DNA from: Mobula hypostoma | Taxonomy: Eukaryota | Length of the DNA: 64,000 bases | Assembly: GCF_963921235.1 (NCBI RefSeq) | Contig: NC_086097.1 | Location: forward strand, 95,482,001-95,546,000 | Direction: 5' to 3' | In this document: piece by piece, positions 38,305 through 51,061 of the stretch | Numbering within the stretch: the first letter of the stretch is position 1 | Layout: every line of letters starts with the position of its first letter | Program-made: the position numbers and the translations under genes | The notes under the pieces: model-generated | What the model saw: the letters and a program-made list of their open reading frames with translations, nothing else | Database searches by the model: none | What the model was told of the DNA's origin: nothing

Positions 38305-40296
38305 CCCAAGATCCACAAACCTGCCTGTCCAGGTAGACCCATTGTCTCAGCTTGCTCCTGCCCCACTGAACTCATTTTTGCATACCTCAACACTATTTTA
38401 TCCCCCCTTGTTCAATCCCTTCCTACCTCTGTTGGTGACACTTCTCATTCTCTGAAATTTTTCGATGATTTTAAGTTACCTGGCCACCACCGCTTTATTT
38501 TCACCTTGGATGTCCAGTCCCTTAATACTTCCATCCCCCAGCAGGAAGGTCTCAAAGCTCTCCGCTTCTTTTTGGATTATAGACCTAACCAGTTCCCCTC
38601 TACCACCACTTTGCTCCATCTAGCTGAATTAGTCCTTACTCTTAATAATTTCTCCTTTGGCTCCTCCCATTTCCTCCAGACTAAAGGTGTAGCTATGGGC
38701 ACCCGTATGGGTCCCAGCTATGCCTGCCTTTTTGTTGGCTTTGCGGAACAATCCATGTTCCAAACCTATACTGATATCTGTCCCCCACTTTTCCTTCGCT
38801 ACATCGACGACTGCATTGGCGCTGCTTCCGGCACGCATGCTGAGCTTGTTGACTTCATTAACTTTGCCTCCAACTTTCACCCTGCCCTCAAGTTTACCTA
38901 GTCCATTTCCGACACTCCCTCCTATCTCTAGATCTTTCTGTCTCTATCTCCGGAGACAGCTTATCTACTGATGTCTACTATAAGCCTACTGACTCTTACA
39001 GTTATCTGGACTATTCCTCTTCTCACCCTGTCTCTTGCAAAAATGCTATCCCCTTCTTGCAATTCCTCGTTCTCCGCCACATCTGCTCTCAGGATGAGGC
39101 TTTTCATTCCAGGTCGAGGGAGATGTCCTCCTTTTTTAAAGAAAGGGGCTTCCCATCCTCCACCATCAACTCTGCTCTCAAACGCATCTCCCCCATTTCA
39201 CGCAATCTGCTCTCACTCCACCCTCCCGCCACCCCACTAGGAATAGAGTTCCCCTTGTCCTCACCTACCAAACCTCCAGCCTCCGGGTCCAACATATTAT
39301 TCTCCGTAACTTCCGCCACCTCTAATGGGATCCCACCACTAAGCACAACATCTTTTCCTCCCCCCCTCTGCTTTCCGCAGGGATCACTCCCTACGCGACT
39401 CTCTTGTCCATTCGTTCCCCCCATCCCTCCCCACTGATCTCCCTCCTGGCACTTATCCTTGTAAGCGGAACAAGTGCTACACATGCCCTTACACTTCCTC
39501 CCTTACCACCATTCAGGGCCCCAGACAGTCCTTCCAGGTGAGGCAACGCTTCACCTGTGAGTCGGCTGGGGCGATATACTGCGTCCGGTGCTCCCGATGT
39601 GGCCTTCTATATATTGGCAAGACCCGACGCAGACTGGGAGATCATTTTGCTGAACACCTACGCTCTGTCCACCAGAGAAAGCAGGATCTCCCAGTGGCCA
39701 CACATTTTAATTCCACATCCCATTCCCATTCTGATATGTCTATCCACGGCCTCCTCTACTGTAAAGATGAAGCCACACTCAGGTTGGAGGAACAACACCT
39801 TATATTCCATCTGCATAGCCTCCAACCTGATGGCATGAACATTGACTTCTCTAACTTCTGCTAATGCCCCACCTCCTCCTCGTACCCCATCCATTATTTA
39901 TTTATATACACACATTCTTTCTCTCTCTCTCTCTCCTTTTTCTCCCTCAGTCCCTCTGACTATACCCCTTGCCCATCCTCTGGGTTTTTCCCCCCCCCTC
40001 CCCCTTTTCCTTCTCCCTGGGCCTCCTGTCCCATGATCCTCTCATATCCCTTTTGCCAATCACCCATCCAGCTCTTGGCTCCATCCCTGCCCCTCCTATC
40101 TTCTCCTATCATTTTGGATCTCCCCCTCCCCCCTCAAATCTCTTACTAGCTCTTCCTTCAGTTAGTCCTGACGAAGGGTCTCGGCCCGAAACGTCGACTG
40201 CACCTCTTCCTAGAGATGCTGCGTAGCCTGCTGCCTTCACCAGCAACCTTATGTGTGTTGCTTGAATTTCCAGCATCTGCAGAATTCCTCGTGTTT
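38305..40296 (+). mobile_element. Penelope-like element, right arm (RT, GIY-YIG, 3' UTR, terminus), disrupted
   Basis: PKIHKPACPGRPIVS...DVQSLNTSIP...GVAMGTRMGPSYA...LRYIDD, stop at 38899-38901, then IYCVRCSRCGLLYIGKTRRRLGDHFAEH. Ends CCTCGTGTTT. Confidence 0.93.
40163..40200 (+). ncRNA. Minimal hammerhead ribozyme, right arm
   Basis: TAGTC-CTGACGA-AGGGTCTCGGCCC-GAAA-CG-TC-GACTG; stem II GGG/CCC; predicted cleavage after C40195. Confidence 0.8.
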
Positions 40297-43057
40297 ACAT
40301 TACAGGCAAGGGCTGGTAAGTGGAAAGCAAGAGACAGGCAATAACCATCTCCAATAAGAGAGCAGTTCTAACTGCCTATCCTTGACACTTAATAACATTA
40401 TAATTGTTCGAGAATCAATTATCCAAGTAATGAACTTGCACTTCTTCCAGTCTAGCGTATTGCCCAATGTGTCTCTTCTACAGCAAAGAAACCAAACACA
40501 GATCAGCTGAGAGCTTTGTTGATCAATTATTTTCAATCTACAGGGGCAACTTGAATCTCCCTATTGCATCCCACTTTTAATTGGCTATCTTATTCCTAAC
40601 TTATCTATCCTTGGTCTCCTGCAATGTTATAACGATGCCCAGCGCCCTATCACATCTTCCATCCTGGGATGCTGCAGCCTTCCAGGCTCAAAATTGAATT
40701 CCCCAACCTCACATAACTTGCATTCTTTGTCACAAGCAATCTCTGCAACCAGTCATCTACCTCTGACGTTGGCTAGTCCTTTTTCTCCCCATCTCCTGGG
40801 CATTTGTCATTAACTTGGATTATGTAACACTGGTTGTTTTCTCTGCAGCTTCACTCTCTGTCTGCCCTCATTTCAAAGTTTAGTTCATTTTCTCTCCAAC
40901 TCACCTCCCCATCAACCAGATGACCTCTGCAACATCTCCACTGCAACTCCACCTCATCAAAGATATTCCCTTTGTCCTGTCTATTCCTCCCACAGCCTCT
41001 CTGTAACTTAAAACCAAGCTGTCTTCTCTCATCAACCTGAAATATAAACTCTATTTCTTTCTCCAAAGATGTTTCACCGACCTACTAAGTAAGTTTTCTC
41101 TGTAATTTGTTTCTATTGGAAATACACTGCCATTCTTTAATGCGATTCTCTAACCCTTGAACTCCTCCTTCAACAGCATTGTCAGGGTTTCTTCACCATA
41201 GAATCAGAATCAGGTTTATTATCACCAGCATGTGTCGTGAAATTGTTAACCATAGGACTGCAACACTTCAAGGCAGCAGATAAATACCAACATCCTAAGG
41301 GAAATCAGGGATTGGCAATAAATGTCAGCTTCACCATTGGCACCCTTATCCCCAAAGCAGTGAATTTAAAAACATTCAAAATAATGATTATCTAGAAAGT
41401 ACCGCATCAAAGCCATAGAGCAAAGTAAAAACAATCTCTACCGAGGGAGTCTAATAATGGCCAAAATTATTCTGACAAGATCAGTCTGGCTAAGCATTCA
41501 AATTAAGATTGAGATTACCCCAATGTTTTCCAAAGGTAAGAAGAGATTTTAAAAAGTTGCCAAGTCAGAGCTTGCTGCTAATGTTCTGTGCAAAGAAAAT
41601 GAATCAAGGCATAACGAAGCCTGGTTCAGTTGCCCGGATACATTCAACATCTGCTGTCTACATAGTACAATTTAATATTAGTGTACTCAAACTTAGTGTT
41701 CAATCCAAACATTTTGCAAAATTAGTGGGAGGGAGACATTAATCAACTCATCTAGTCTGGATTCAAGCTGATGTCTCCATAGATCAGAATCTTAAGCCTG
41801 ATGGACGAACAGTCACAGGATTTGCAAGTCAAGATGCATTGCTCCAAAGAAAATGCATTTCCCTTATTAACCTATTCAAAAGTTTCTGACTGTGTACACC
41901 ATTTTTCTTTTGTTTGCAGGCTTCTCCAGTAGATGCTATGCGGGTAACTTTCATGGTAGTATAAGCACTCCTTCTAACTTACTTGCAGCAGTTTTTGGAG
42001 CAACAACCTCAGAAAATGAAGTAAATTTGAAATACATCCAAATTCTGACAACTCACCATGTGTTTAATACTTTACTATTATATGGCACCCTTAATGTACA
42101 AACTCCAAAAATAAGTAATGGCTTCTATTAGACTTCTCCTTTTTCACAGAAATGTTTTTTTAGCTCATTTGCCAAAGCTACAATGGCAAATTCAATTTGA
42201 AACAACTACAATTGTGCAAATTCCAGCTTTTAAACTCTTTCCATTAGAAATATGCTCTTGTAAATTGGTACAAGTCTATTTCAAGGTTGTAAAATGCCAT
42301 ATTTCCAGCACTCTACATAAGCAATTATTAAATCAGATTTTCCTAAATCAGTTTTTGTAGACACCTCCATTCAGTTTGAATTGTTTCCAAGGAAATGATT
42401 ATTGAGTCATAACTCCTCCAGTTTAATGTTCTATGAAGTGGCTGAAGGCAAGTTCCCCTCTCCTTTCCTTAAGATTTTAAGCCTGAACCCAGTTGCTACA
42501 AATTGTTTAGTGCCTCTAAAAAGTAACTTACTCAGTCAACTCAGAGAGCTGAATATTCTTTCTGGAGGAGTTGATATACAAAAGTTTAATAGCACGGCAA
42601 TGTGATGAACTCCTTAAGGCTTTTTTCTTCAAGGTGGAGCTCACAAGCAAGCCAGTTCAACCTGGCAAGATTGAATGGAACCAGGAACAATCAATGCATA
42701 GTGGAGTTGGGATAAGAATCAGTTACCTGGAGATGAGCAAAATTGAGAACGTTCATCTCAGAGGGGACTATCCAAGAAGATTTCCCAGTTCTGCCTGGTA
42801 TCCGCTCAAGAAGGCTCACTTCAAGACACACAGGAACAGGATTCCCAAAGACCTCCACAGATGAGCCTCATGGCCAAAGCAGCAGACAAAACATTAAGAT
42901 TATAGGTAGGGTGAATGTGGACATTTTTTTCTCTCTGGATGGTGAATCAAAAACTAGAGGATATAGGTTTAGATGAGAAGGGAGTTTAATAGGAACCTGA
43001 GGGGCAGCTTTTTCCACTCAGAGAGAGGTCAGCGTATAAAGTATAATGAGCTGCTGG

Positions 43058-44263
43058 AATCAGAATCAGGTTTATTATCACCGGCATGTGACGTGAAATT
43101 TGTTAACTTCGCAGCAGCAGTCCAATGCAATACATAATCTAGCAGAGAGGAAAAAATTGTAATGATAATAAATAAAGTAAAATAATAATAATAAATAAAC
43201 AAATAAATCAATTACATATATTGAATAGATCAAAAAACATGCAAAAACAGAAATACTGTACATTAAAAAAAGTGAGGTAGTGTCCAAAGATTTAATGTCC
43301 ATTTAGGAACCGATGGCAGAGGGGAAGAAGCTGTTCCTGAATCGCTGAGTGTGTGCCTTCAGGCTTCTGTACCTCCTACCTGATGGTAACAGTGAGAAAA
43401 GGGCATGCCCTGGGTGCTGGAGGTCCTTAATAATGGACGCTGCCTTTCTGAAACACTGCTCCCTAAAGGTGTCCTGGGTACTTTGTAGGCTCGTACCCAA
43501 GATGGAGCTGACTAGATTTACAACCTTCTGCAGCTTCTTTCGGTCCTGTGCAATAGCATCCCTCCGTATCAGACAGTGTTGCAGCCTGTCAGAATGCTCT
43601 CCATGGTACAACTATAGAAGGTTCTGAGTGTATTTGTTGACATGCCAAATCTCTTCAAACTCCTAATAAAGTATAGCTGCTGTCCTGCCTTCTTTATAAC
43701 TACATTGACAAGGTTCACACCCAGGAACTTGAAGCTGCTCACTCTCTCCACTTCTGATCTGGCATGTGTTCCTTCGTCTTACCCTTCCTGAAGTCTACAA
43801 ACAGCTCTTTCATCTTACTGATGTTGAGTGCCAGGTTGTTGTTGCAGCACCACTCCACTAGTTGGCATATCTCACTCCTGGATGCTCTCTCGTCGCCACC
43901 TGAGATTCTACCAACAATGGTTGTATCATCAGCAAATTTATAGATGGTATTTGAGCTATGCCTAGCCACACAGTCATGTGTATATAGAGAGTAGAGCAGT
44001 GGGCTAAGCACACAACCCTGAGGTGTGCCAGTGTTGATCATCAGCGAGGAGGATATGTTATCACCAATCCGCATAGATTGTGGTCTTCCAGTTAGGAAGT
44101 CGAGGATCCAATTGCAGACGGAGGTACAGAGGCCCAGGTTCTGCAACTTCTCAATCAGGATTGTGGGAATGATGGTATTAAATGCTGAGCTATAGTCGAT
44201 GAACAGCATCCTGACATAGCTGCTTGTGTTGTCCAGGTGGTCTCGAGCCATGTGGAGAGCCAT
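43058..44263 (-). mobile_element. Rex1/Babar-like LINE (RT and 3' end) nested in a CR1 3' fragment
   Basis: [18 protein letters not shown]...[20 protein letters not shown]...[10 protein letters not shown]; (GATTCT)n tail. CR1 sequence flanks both sides (~42890-43057 and ~44264-44380). Confidence 0.9.
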
Positions 44264-44384
44264 TGTGGAGAAGATGGTTGAGGCAGTACATTTGCAACAT
44301 TTAAAAAGTACTTGGACAGATAGATGTATATGAAAGGTTTAGAGGAATATTATCCAAATGCAGGCAACCAGGACTATCTTAGAC

Positions 44385-44690
44385 TCCCTCTGGTGCCCCT
44401 CTTCCTTCCACTTCTCCCATGATCCACCTCTTCTATCAGGATCCTTCTGCTTCAGCCTTTTACCTTTTCTACCTATCACCTCCCAGCTTCTCACTTCATA
44501 CCTCCACACCCCACCCACTGACTTTCCCTTTACTTGGCTCCTCCCATCACCTTCCAGCTTGTACTCCCCCACCTTCTTATTCTGGCTTCTTCCCCCTTCC
44601 TTTCCAGTCCTGATGAAGGGGTTCCGCGGTAAATAAAACACTTTATTCCTCTCCATATATGCCGCCTGACCTGCATTTTGTGAGTGTTAA
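44385..44690 (+). mobile_element. PLE 3' UTR and terminus, decayed
   Basis: Pyrimidine-rich UTR then CCAGTCCTGATGAAGGGG. Confidence 0.7.
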
Positions 44691-46309
44691 ACTAGCTTAG
44701 ATGGGAATTTGGTTAGCATGGGCCAGCTGGGTTCTGTCCTTTGGTATTGGCCAACTTGTCTGACCCACAACTTCCAAAAAAATTTTATTGAAACATCAAA
44801 ACCAGATTGGGCAATGCACAAAAACTTTACATTCTTTAACCTAATTTCTGGACAATATCTACATTCTCTCACTAACCTTGGACTTGAGCTCAGATCTGAC
44901 AAACAGTAAACTTTATACAAAATGATAGAAGCTACAGCCACTTTGTCTTAGCATTTCCACAATTAAAACGATTCACAAAATGAAGTGCTGGCGATTACTT
45001 CAGAGGAGTGTTTCAGGCTCTAATTCAAAATTTAAAAATATTCTTGCATAGCTGGGGTAAATTTTAGTTGGGGACGCAGCCTAGTAATACATCAATGTTT
45101 CAGTGCTATATCTGTGGTATAAAGTTGGCTTTGCCCATTGTGTGCATGAGCACCACAGCCAACTTGCAAACTTGGCAAACACTGGTGAAAGGTGCCAAGA
45201 GGAAAAAAAGCACAGATCAGTCTGGCTAGCATTCCAAACCACAATTTAAACAAAGGTTCACTTGATGGAACTGGTGCCTAAATTCATGGAGTACAAATGC
45301 ACCCAGAGGTGATAGTGTGATGGGCAAAATGAATTGAAAGGTAACAATTAAATAAGCGGGTCAGCCCTGTGCCAAACAAATGCAGCCAAACACAAGCACA
45401 GCTCTATATGCATTTAACGTAATCCCACACTACCCACATAGAATCAAAATTTTCCAATATCCAAACCGACTAGGACCTAACTCGTTTATAGCAGTGTCTG
45501 GGGCACAGGACCTTCAGTTCAAATATAATAAATGTCTTTACAATATAAATATAAATCAGAACAGTCTATTGTGTTCATTACATGTGTTCTTTGCATGCCT
45601 GTGGTTACATATCAAAGCACCAAAGAGGAAGGAAATCATGTCAGGACTGGTTAAGCACCAACTCATAATACAAACAATTTTTTAAAATAAAAAAAATTAC
45701 ACAGCATGTCACCTCCCTTTTCAATAGTGCGTACTTGGCTGACATTAACTGTTTCATTGGAACGGCAAAGAAATTTACAAGTTTACACAAGTTTTCATTC
45801 TGTAGCTTCCTTAAAGAAAGTATCAGCCAGCAGCCTGAATATACTCAGCATGCAGAAACTTAGTTATGTCCAAATTTCAATCGCCTGGACCTTGTCTCAC
45901 AACAGTTCTCCCATTCTGCTCCCTGTTCATTAATATTTCTTCAATCCGACTGTACATTCCTCCCCAAACTTCTCCACCAATTCCTGAGCCAAATTCCATT
46001 TTCCAGACTTCTTGTTTATTTTCCTGAACCTTCATCTTCACTGGAATACAATATTTTGGCAGACTATCTTCCCAACAGGAGACACAAGAGACTGCAGATA
46101 TTGGAATATGGAGAAGCAAACAATCTGCTGAAGGAACTCAACAAGTCGAATAGCATCGTGGGGGGGGGGGGGAACTGTCGATCTTCTCAGCCACTCCCAC
46201 AATGTCTTTCATGCCCTTTACTCAAATAAATCAACTCTTCCTCCTCCTTGCCCTCTCTTGTGGCTGAACTTGCATTCTTCCCAACTTCAAATAGTCCTGC
46301 AAAGTGCAT

Positions 46310-46945
46310 CTCAAAATCAGAGACTGGGTCACACAGCATGTAAACAGGCCATTCGGCCCATTACACCCATCCATATTAATCCCATCTTCCAGCACTTGTC
46401 CTGTGGTCTTCATTCCTGGGAAATTATCTGCACATCTGGACACAACTTAAATGCTGTCATCAAGTCTGCTTCCACCACCCTCGCAGGTAGTGTATACCAG
46501 GTACTTGCCAATCTCTGAGTGGAAAAAGGTCCCCATCAGATCCCCTCTAATTCTCCTCCCATTTCCCCGAGATTTATGCCCTCTGGTTTTATCTACCCTA
46601 GATGTCAGAAATAGTTTCTCCAGTCTACTCTACTTACAGTCTTCATAAATTCTATATACCTCAATGATGTCATCTTGTAACTTCCTCCACTCAGTGGAAA
46701 ACAGATAAAGTTACTTCACATAAATGAATTACTCCATCCATGCAAAATCCTGGTGAACTTCCCCTGACCCATCTCTGGCACTATCGCAACTTTTTAGTTT
46801 GGTGATCAGAAATGCATGCAGTATTCCTGCCAACGGTTGACCATGGTTATACAGTTGGAAGAAAACCTCTCTGCTCTCACATTCAATGCCACAACTAATG
46901 AAGGCCAGCATCCCATAGGCCTTCTTAACCATACTGAACATATCT
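46310..46945 (-). mobile_element. CR1 3' fragment
   Basis: MVKKAYGMLAFISCGIECESREVFFQLY on the minus strand, plus CR1 UTR. Confidence 0.75.
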
Positions 46946-46949
46946 TCTT

Positions 46950-47580
46950 CTTCAGTTGTCCATCGAAATCCGATGACGACGTCTACGCCTTTAACGGTGA
47001 GATCTTTGATGACTATACAGTCCCATCCTGGACCCACATGCTCTATTGCTCTATGTAGTAGTGGTGGTGGTGGTAGTGGTGGCAACCATGGCTGCATTTC
47101 TTCTGGCTCTCTTCTGCTGTCTTCTGGTTGTTCTTTCCATCTCCAGAATATGAACCCCATCCCTACACAGCTGTCACCAAGTGGTACGGTCAGCAGCAAC
47201 CTCATCCAGGTCCTCGGGTCTGATCTTGAACTTCCTTAAAGCATTCTTCATCTGATCCTTATAGCGCTTCTTTGGTCTTCCAGCTGAGCGTCGACCATGA
47301 TGTAGTTGGCTGTATAACACTCTGCGGGGTAGCTGACATGGGGGCATCCTTATCACGTATCCCAGCCACTGCAGCTGATGCTGGGTGATCATGGTCTCAA
47401 TACTTCTGCAGTTGGTCTTTACAAGTATTTACAAGTATTTCAGTGTGAGGCACCCACTCATGCTAGGTAATTCCCAGGATGCGCTGGAAGCAGCTTATGT
47501 GGAAGCGCTCCAAGGACTTGATGTGACAGCTGTAGGTTACCCAAGCTTCACAACTATAAAGGAGGGTGGTGACACAGACC
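46950..47580 (-). mobile_element. RTE-clade LINE 3' fragment
   Basis: QLQWLGYVIRMPPCQLPRRVLYSQLHHGRRSAGRPKKRYKDQMKNAL...AADRTTW. Confidence 0.8.
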
Positions 47581-49039
47581 ACTTGCTGTCACTATTTAAG
47601 TAGCCGAAAAAATAATGTGTTTAGCCGTATGTTGGTTAATCCACTTGGACCACATCGAGAAATGATGGACCCTATTTTATTTTTCCAAAATTTGCCCACT
47701 ATTCTAGGTTCCAGAATCCACCACCATCTTTCTTTCTACCAGGTGTAGAACATAGAACAGTACAGCATAGTACAGGCCCTTTGGCACACCACGTTATGTC
47801 GAACTTTTAACCTACTCCACAATCAATCTAACCTTTCCCTCCTATGTACCCCTTCATTTTCCCTTCATAAGGCCTGGTGTATTAACTCAAGAGCATTACA
47901 GGCCCGGCGAGATTAGTTTGAAGTGGGAAGTACTTAGTGATGCCAAATCAAGCATGAGGTTTTTAAATTCAAGGTAGAATTTAAGTGGAGATGAACGATG
48001 AACAGGACTTGTTTTAAGCAGTTATATTTAGAACAGACTTCTGGTTGAATCCAAGATAATAAAGTAAAGTGAACAGCATACAGTAAACAGCTGGTGTCAT
48101 TTTCCCAGAGCTGAGGTGTCCAATACTGGTGAATATGCATTTAGGGCAAGAGGGGAAAAGTTTAAATGAGATGTGTGGGCAAGTTTTTTTAACACAGAGC
48201 CTAGAATGCACTGCCAGGGGTGACAGTGAAGCCATAAACAATAGAGGTGTTAAGAGGTTCTTAAACTGATACATGAATATGCAAAGAATGGAGAATATGG
48301 ACCATGCTCCACCAGAAGAGATCAGTTTAATTAGACATTAATTAGATCAGCACATAATTGTGGACCAAAAGGCCTGCTCCTGTCCTGTGCTGTTTTATGT
48401 ACAACAGCATTAAATTAGCGAGGTCAGCCATTAGAAGTTTGGAATTACAAGTTCAGAGGTAACAAGGGAAATAAGTGTTTGAATAGTAGGTCAGCCAAGA
48501 CAGGAGCACAATCAGGCAATGTGAAAACCTGAAGTTGGCAGTCTGAAACTCAACTCAGGTTAAAAAGAGCACGAAGGTTGAAGTGGGCTATGATTGTGAT
48601 ATGTAGGGTATAAAAGGCCTGAGCTTTGGATGAATCAAATGGTAAGTTGGTTCTATTATTGTCATATGTATCGAGGTGCAGTGAATTTTTTTTCTTGTTT
48701 ATCATCCAAACAAATCAATTCATTACATAGTGCATTGAGGTAAAAAAATAACAGTGCAGAATGAAGTGTTAAGTTACAGAGAAAGTGCAGTGCAGGCACA
48801 CAATAAGATGCAAAGCCTATAACAAAGTAGATTCTGAGGTCAAGAGTCCATCTTATTGTATTAGAGTCCATCTGAGTGTCCAGACTGCAAACCAGTTCAA
48901 CTGTGAATAAATAACTGCACAGAAAGGTTGCATAGTGTTTACAGCAAGAGTTGAAAATGATGCTCCCCAGTGACTGACAAGAACAAATTACAACTTATCC
49001 ACAAAAGATGGTCAGAACCCACAGATCTATAGAGGGAAA

Positions 49040-49340
49040 GTTTGCCAGTCTGGTACCTCACAACTCCAGTGATCCAGGTTTAATCTTCACTTTCAATGCT
49101 GTGTGGAGTTTGCACATTCTCCCTGTGAATGAATGGATTTCTTTCTGGTACTCCAGCTTGCAGGTAAGTTGGCAGGTTAATTAGCCACCATAAATTACCC
49201 CTGATGACTTGGTGAAGTGGTGGAATCTGGGGATAGTTAAAGGGAATGTGGTGATAAGAAACTGTGATTTATGTCAACTGGCATTTAATGGTCAGCACAG
49301 ACTTGATGGGCTGAAGGGCCTGTTTGACTCAAAGGCTCTA
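49040..49340 (+). mobile_element. V-SINE with CR1-type tail
   Basis: GTGTGGAGTTTGCACATTCTCCCTGTG...GATGGGCTGAAGGGCCTGTT. Related copies at ~17500-17820 (+), ~19480-19790 (-) and ~34900-35020 (+). Confidence 0.65.
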
Positions 49341-51061
49341 TCACAACACAATGGAAATGGAGGCAGTGGAATGTGTTAAGGTATATGGAGTAATGCAACT
49401 GAATGTCACCATAGTGCGTGGAAGCTGACCTTAAATGAACAGCATTGTGCACAAGGAACAGGAGTAAGCACCAGGAGCCCTGCTCCACCATTAAATTTTT
49501 TCTACAACTGATCTGTGACCTAACACTACATACTGCCCTTTGCTATTTGTGTTAGTACAGCTGGCTGACAAAAATAATAGAATTCTTATATTTGATAAGA
49601 GATCATGGAATACATAGTTTTAAAGTTTTAATCACCTTTTCTCTGCCTACGGCCCCATGACATGAGTAAGCATTTTCCCTTGTATTTACCTCATCAGTTT
49701 CCTTCATCCAAGTTGCAGATACTTTGGCTGCAAATGTATAAATAAAATCTGAAGTGAAGATCAGCGACAGCAAACAGTACAATGGAGCAGAAGTGCAAGA
49801 GGATAGTGTGGTAAGCATATCAAATTAGTAAATTAGTCTATTATTGTCACATGTACCAAGGTAAAGTGAAAACTTTCAATTTGCTTGCCATCCATACAGG
49901 CAGTGGAGAGAACAAGAAGGGATTGTGTACCATGCTGTCAGTGACAGTTATTGAATGTCATTTATGATTGATTGTAATCTTTTTAGTCAAGTTGGAATAT
50001 CATGAAGTCAGTGGGAAAGCGAAGCATAAATCTAGAAGGAGGTTATAAATAAAGAAGATCCATTGAAAGGAATGATATTAGTGATGGTAATTGTTTGCAA
50101 GGACAAAGACAGGGGGAAATACCAGATGAAAGGTCTCGACCCAAAACGTCAACAGTTTATTCATTCCCATAGATGCTGTCTGACCTGCTAAATTCCTCCA
50201 GCATTTTGTGTGTGTTGCTCAGGAAATGGAAGAAGCTTTGTGCACAGTAAGAGTGGAGGGAATCCATGTATAGGTACATTTTGAAGGGAAAGAGAACCTG
50301 AAGGGCGGAAACTGAAAACTGAATAGCTTCAAGGTGATAGAAGGTTGTTTATCTGCATTGGTTGTTGGAAACTAGGATTGTTTCATTGGACAGAAATTAA
50401 AATATGGACAGTATGTCTGATGGTGGTGTATCCAAGCTCACCTCAGTGTACAAAACTTCTAAGAAGAAGCACTTAAATAGTGCAAGCCTTCCTGGTTAAG
50501 CTTACATCCATAGTGTGGTTTTACAGGTTGAGGGAAGGATAATCTGCTCTTTACAGATAGCCATGAACTTGTTCATTTGAACTTGCAAATTGAGTTAATG
50601 AAGCAGATCCTGCACTCAACAGGAGTAAAGTGGTTGAGGGAGAGCGACGATTACAGAAACAGTTGTAAATCTCTAATGCAACAACATGGAAACATGGAAG
50701 ATTTACCCTTAAAATCAACTGCAAATTCCATATAATTTATTAAACTGAGGTCCTGAAACAAATAAACATTGACTTTTAAATTCATAAAACCTGATCTCCT
50801 AGTACAAAAGATTAAGAAAATCAATTTGTTTACTATTTGAAATGAGTTCTACTGGTACCACAAAACTAGTCATACTCCAGGCTACTAGCTTATAGTTGAC
50901 ATTGGCACAGGTCAGGACTGAGGTCATCTTTATGTGTTCCCAGCTACAGTACGGTCACGGTAGGAAAGTAAGGAGTGCAAAAAAACCGACAGGCAGGTCC
51001 GGATATTTGGAAGGTATGGCCCAGATCCGGGTCAGGATCTGTTCAGCAGTCTTATCAATTA

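Larger units (their letters stand above)
27196..40296. mobile_element. Composite PLE-bounded insertion (~13.1 kb) with gene-fragment cargo
   Basis: Inverted PLE 3' ends at both borders; identical 14-bp flanks ACATTACAGGCAAG at 27182-27195 and 40297-40310. Confidence 0.75.
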
